A stretch of 64,000 bases of DNA. Source: Thermoplasmata archaeon. Its GTDB lineage: Archaea; Thermoplasmatota; Thermoplasmata; Thermoplasmatales; ARK-15. The DNA lies in the NCBI GenBank assembly GCA_038880255.1, contig JAVZSA010000001.1, positions 788 to 64,787 on the forward strand. The letters are read 5' to 3'. Every line of letters begins with the position of its first letter. Position 1 is the stretch's first letter. Below, in pieces: positions 61,627-64,000 of this stretch. The notes beneath the pieces are model-generated. The model had not been told where the DNA came from. It worked only from the letters and a program-made list of their open reading frames with translations, and made no database searches. Made by a program: the position numbers and the translations under genes.

Positions 61627-62649
61627 CTATGAAGAAATATTTTCTATCATTTCCCTCAATTCCTCTTTTTTATCTAACCTTTCCCTCACAGGTTTTAAAA
61701 TTTCTATCAATAATTCCGATATATTTTCTTTTAAATCAAGTGGATGAATCTCTTTTTTCGAATATAATGTTTCAAGTTCATTGTAATTTTTTACTATTAT
61801 TTCACCACCATATTTTCTTTCTATTTTTACCTCATTTTTATAATATGGGAATATTATGAATTTGTAAATTTCAAGAATGGGGTTGTTTGAAACCTCTCCC
61901 TCTGGACAAAATGCACCTCTAATCTTAGATCTTATTATTTCAGGAGAATCTGTTACGAAAATAGCACCCTCACCCTTGCTTTTGCTCATTTTGAATGAAA
62001 AATCCATCCTGTTTCCTCCCTTTAAATTTGTAAGCAAGGGTGTATGTATCGCTACAGGAACTTTAAAGCCCAATTTAGGGGCAAGATCTCTTGCGAGCAT
62101 ATGGGCATGCCTTTGATCCATGCCACCAAGTGCTATGTCAAGATCCATAAAGAAAATATCTGTTACCTGCATAAACGGATAGATCATTTTTGAGGTATCA
62201 AGATCAAGGTCAGAACTTTTTCTTCCCATTATATCGAGGGCACGCCTTACCCTGTTTAAAGTGGTATTTTTCGCCACCTTAAGTAATATTGACCAATATT
62301 CTTTACCATCCACTAATTCTTCAGCATAAATAAATTGAACATTTTCAGGTACTCCTATTGCCAGAAATGATTCTTTCATTATTTCTGCTGCCATTTTAAT
62401 CTTTTCCATATTACCATTAAATTTATCATTTATGAAAGCGTGCCAGTCGGCTAAAAGTACTCTCATTGAAACATTTTCTTCTGCTAAATCCCTTATTTTG
62501 TTTCCACATATCAAACCTGTCCCAAGATGAACTAGTCCAGAAGGTTCAAAACCTATATAACCCTTAAGATTTTTTCTATCTGAAATAGATTCAAGATCTT
62601 CAGGAGTAACTATTTCCTGAACATTCTTTTTTATTCTTTCAATATTCAT
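61627..62649 (-). CDS. tyrS: Tyrosyl-tRNA synthetase, archaeal type
   Basis: It is colinear with remembered M. jannaschii TyrRS: YIGFEPSG..HLG, LLADWHA, YPFMQV.D, GGMDQR..HMLARDL, KMSKSKG, HPLDLK. Confidence 0.85.
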   Translation of the reverse strand: MNIERIKKNVQEIVTPEDLESISDRKNLKGYIGFEPSGLVHLGTGLICGNKIRDLAEENVSMRVLLADWHAFINDKFNGNMEKIKMAAEIMKESFLAIGVPENVQFIYAEELVDGKEYWSILLKVAKNTTLNRVRRALDIMGRKSSDLDLDTSKMIYPFMQVTDIFFMDLDIALGGMDQRHAHMLARDLAPKLGFKVPVAIHTPLLTNLKGGNRMDFSFKMSKSKGEGAIFVTDSPEIIRSKIRGAFCPEGEVSNNPILEIYKFIIFPYYKNEVKIERKYGGEIIVKNYNELETLYSKKEIHPLDLKENISELLIEILKPVRERLDKKEELREMIENISS

Positions 62650-63142
62650 TGTGAAAAAATAATTTATAATGTTTATTTAAAGATTGTTATAAAATTTGTT
62701 GTGTTTAATAAATCAATTATTGGTAATTTTTTATCTATATTATATTCATAATCTTTAATTCCCTCTCTTTAATTCACTCGAAAACCGTTAAATTTTCATT
62801 AAGATAACACATCCTTTTGATTCTGCATAACATTTTATTGTATGGTATGCCCAAAATCTCTGATATTCTTCTGGAATCAGATTTTTTTTGATTGTAAAAC
62901 TGTATTTCTTCATATTTCTTTTTTACCAATGAAAATATGCTTTCTGTTCCTACCTACCTCATATTATAATTTTGCGTAGATATATTTTAGTCTTTTTATT
63001 TTCAAGTCATTGTTTTTATTTGTTTTTCCTAACTTTTATAAGTTAAATTGATTTTTATTGTTTATATTTAAATTAAACTTTTTCCTTCTAACATCTAATA
63101 ATATAACAGATGTTTTTTTTATTTTTTACTCTTCAAAATAAG

Positions 63143-63484
63143 GTATGAACATGTAATTTTTGAACATTCTTCCGATCCCTTCCATTCCACGATAATTAAC
63201 TAGTTGATTCCATACAATCATCCATTTAATAAAACTATCCAGAAATTTCAATATACTCCTTTCCCTTTGTTCATTTCTCTAAGTTCATCATCCCAATGCT
63301 CTGAAAATTCTAGATCAAGATAAAATTCATCTCTAATTATTAATTGGTTGTTGTATTTTTGCAAAAATCTTTTCTTATTATGATGTTTTTCCCATCTCTT
63401 ATTTTTAAATTTACACATAGAAAATGATAATAATATAAACTATATAATAATATTATAACATTAGTCAGATTTATTAAACAAAGC
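63143..63484. repeat. Copy B of the ~340-bp dispersed repeat (partner at 529-863)
   Basis: See copy A. This copy retains a 57-codon minus-strand ORF (MCKFKNKRWEKHHNKKRFLQKYNNQL...) that is interrupted in copy A. Confidence 0.85.
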
Positions 63485-63579
63485 ATTGTTTAAAGGCAAA
63501 TTTACTAAGACTTTTTTGAGCAAGATATGTGATATTGATTTTAGAAGAATTAAAAAAATATAAAAAAATATGAGAGGAT

Positions 63580-64000
63580 TTATGGATTATTTTCCTGTTT
63601 TGGATTTTCTTTCTCTGGTGTTTCAATTACTTTGGGATTCTTTGGTTTTCTGGCATATGCGACTAATATTGCTATAACCACTATGACCAAAATAATTACT
63701 ATGATCCATGGTAATAATGTACTCAATTCAGATGGCATCTTTTGAAACACTGCATTTACACTGACGTTGCCATTTACAGTTATTGTTGCAGTGCCAGGCG
63801 CTGTATATCCAGACACATTTTGGATAGTGTATGAATAAGTTCCGGCAGGTATGCCTGTAATAATAATTGTAGATGTTGTTGAAGTGTACTGTACACCGTT
63901 AAATGTTACTGACCATGTGGTACCCGCTGCTAGCCCAGACTCTGTAAATGTCACTGTGAAGGATGTAGGTACTGCTATAAACGAGATCTGCACTGTGCTG
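63580..64000 (-). CDS. Surface/secreted protein, C-terminal part (5' end outside window), with beta-sandwich repeat, TM anchor and charged tail
   Basis: The frame is open to the window edge. The FTESGLAAGTTWSVTFNG motif resembles the repeat domain of thermopsin-like archaeal surface proteins. It is followed by the TM helix LLPWIIVIILVIVVIAILVAY and the tail RKPKNPKVIETPEKENPKQENNP. Confidence 0.6.
   Translation of the reverse strand, partial: STVQISFIAVPTSFTVTFTESGLAAGTTWSVTFNGVQYTSTTSTIIITGIPAGTYSYTIQNVSGYTAPGTATITVNGNVSVNAVFQKMPSELSTLLPWIIVIILVIVVIAILVAYARKPKNPKVIETPEKENPKQENNP

Overview
This window is AT-rich (roughly 30% GC by eye) and very gene-dense, and it reads as archaeal chromosome. 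Archaeal markers include topoisomerase VI (top6B/top6A), ribosomal proteins L10e and L41e, archaeal-type GluRS, ProRS, TyrRS and PheRS-beta, XPD, a NOG1-type GTPase, mevalonate kinase, geranylgeranyl reductase, a Tes-like radical SAM enzyme and an intron-containing tRNA-Trp. gyrB/gyrA occurs alongside Topo VI, and a surface-protein domain has a thermopsin-like repeat. Together these suggest a Thermoplasmata-like euryarchaeon, but that placement is inference only. Most of the window is core housekeeping and heterotrophic metabolism: peptidases, gamma-glutamyltranspeptidase, aminotransferase, acyl-CoA dehydrogenases, thiolase and DUF35. I found no rRNA, CRISPR array or intact mobile element. The observations most worth following up are listed below.
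1. A 3.8-kb minus-strand locus (47740-51540) reads as one ~1260-codon P-loop NTPase, helical and TPR protein. It is split into four ORFs by three frame changes, each repaired by adding one base to a 5-6 nt A/T run.
2. A translationally coupled three-gene module (906-3654) ends in a PolB2-like family B polymerase with degenerate exonuclease motifs and an altered motif C. It is preceded by a RecA-like protein that lacks a P-loop.
3. A four-gene cluster of unknown function (45191-47655) encodes a DUF5320-like protein, a NifX-like protein and two MinD-type ATPases with ferredoxin inserts.
4. tRNA-Trp carries a 69-nt intron with box C/D motifs and guides that point at positions 34 and 39 of the same tRNA. 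A 35-codon L41e gene missed by the ORF track ends 1 nt before this tRNA.
5. A Tes-like radical SAM gene, a ferredoxin gene and a geranylgeranyl reductase gene form an apparent lipid-maturation operon.
6. Two ~340-bp direct repeat copies sit near the two ends of the window and carry a decayed small ORF.
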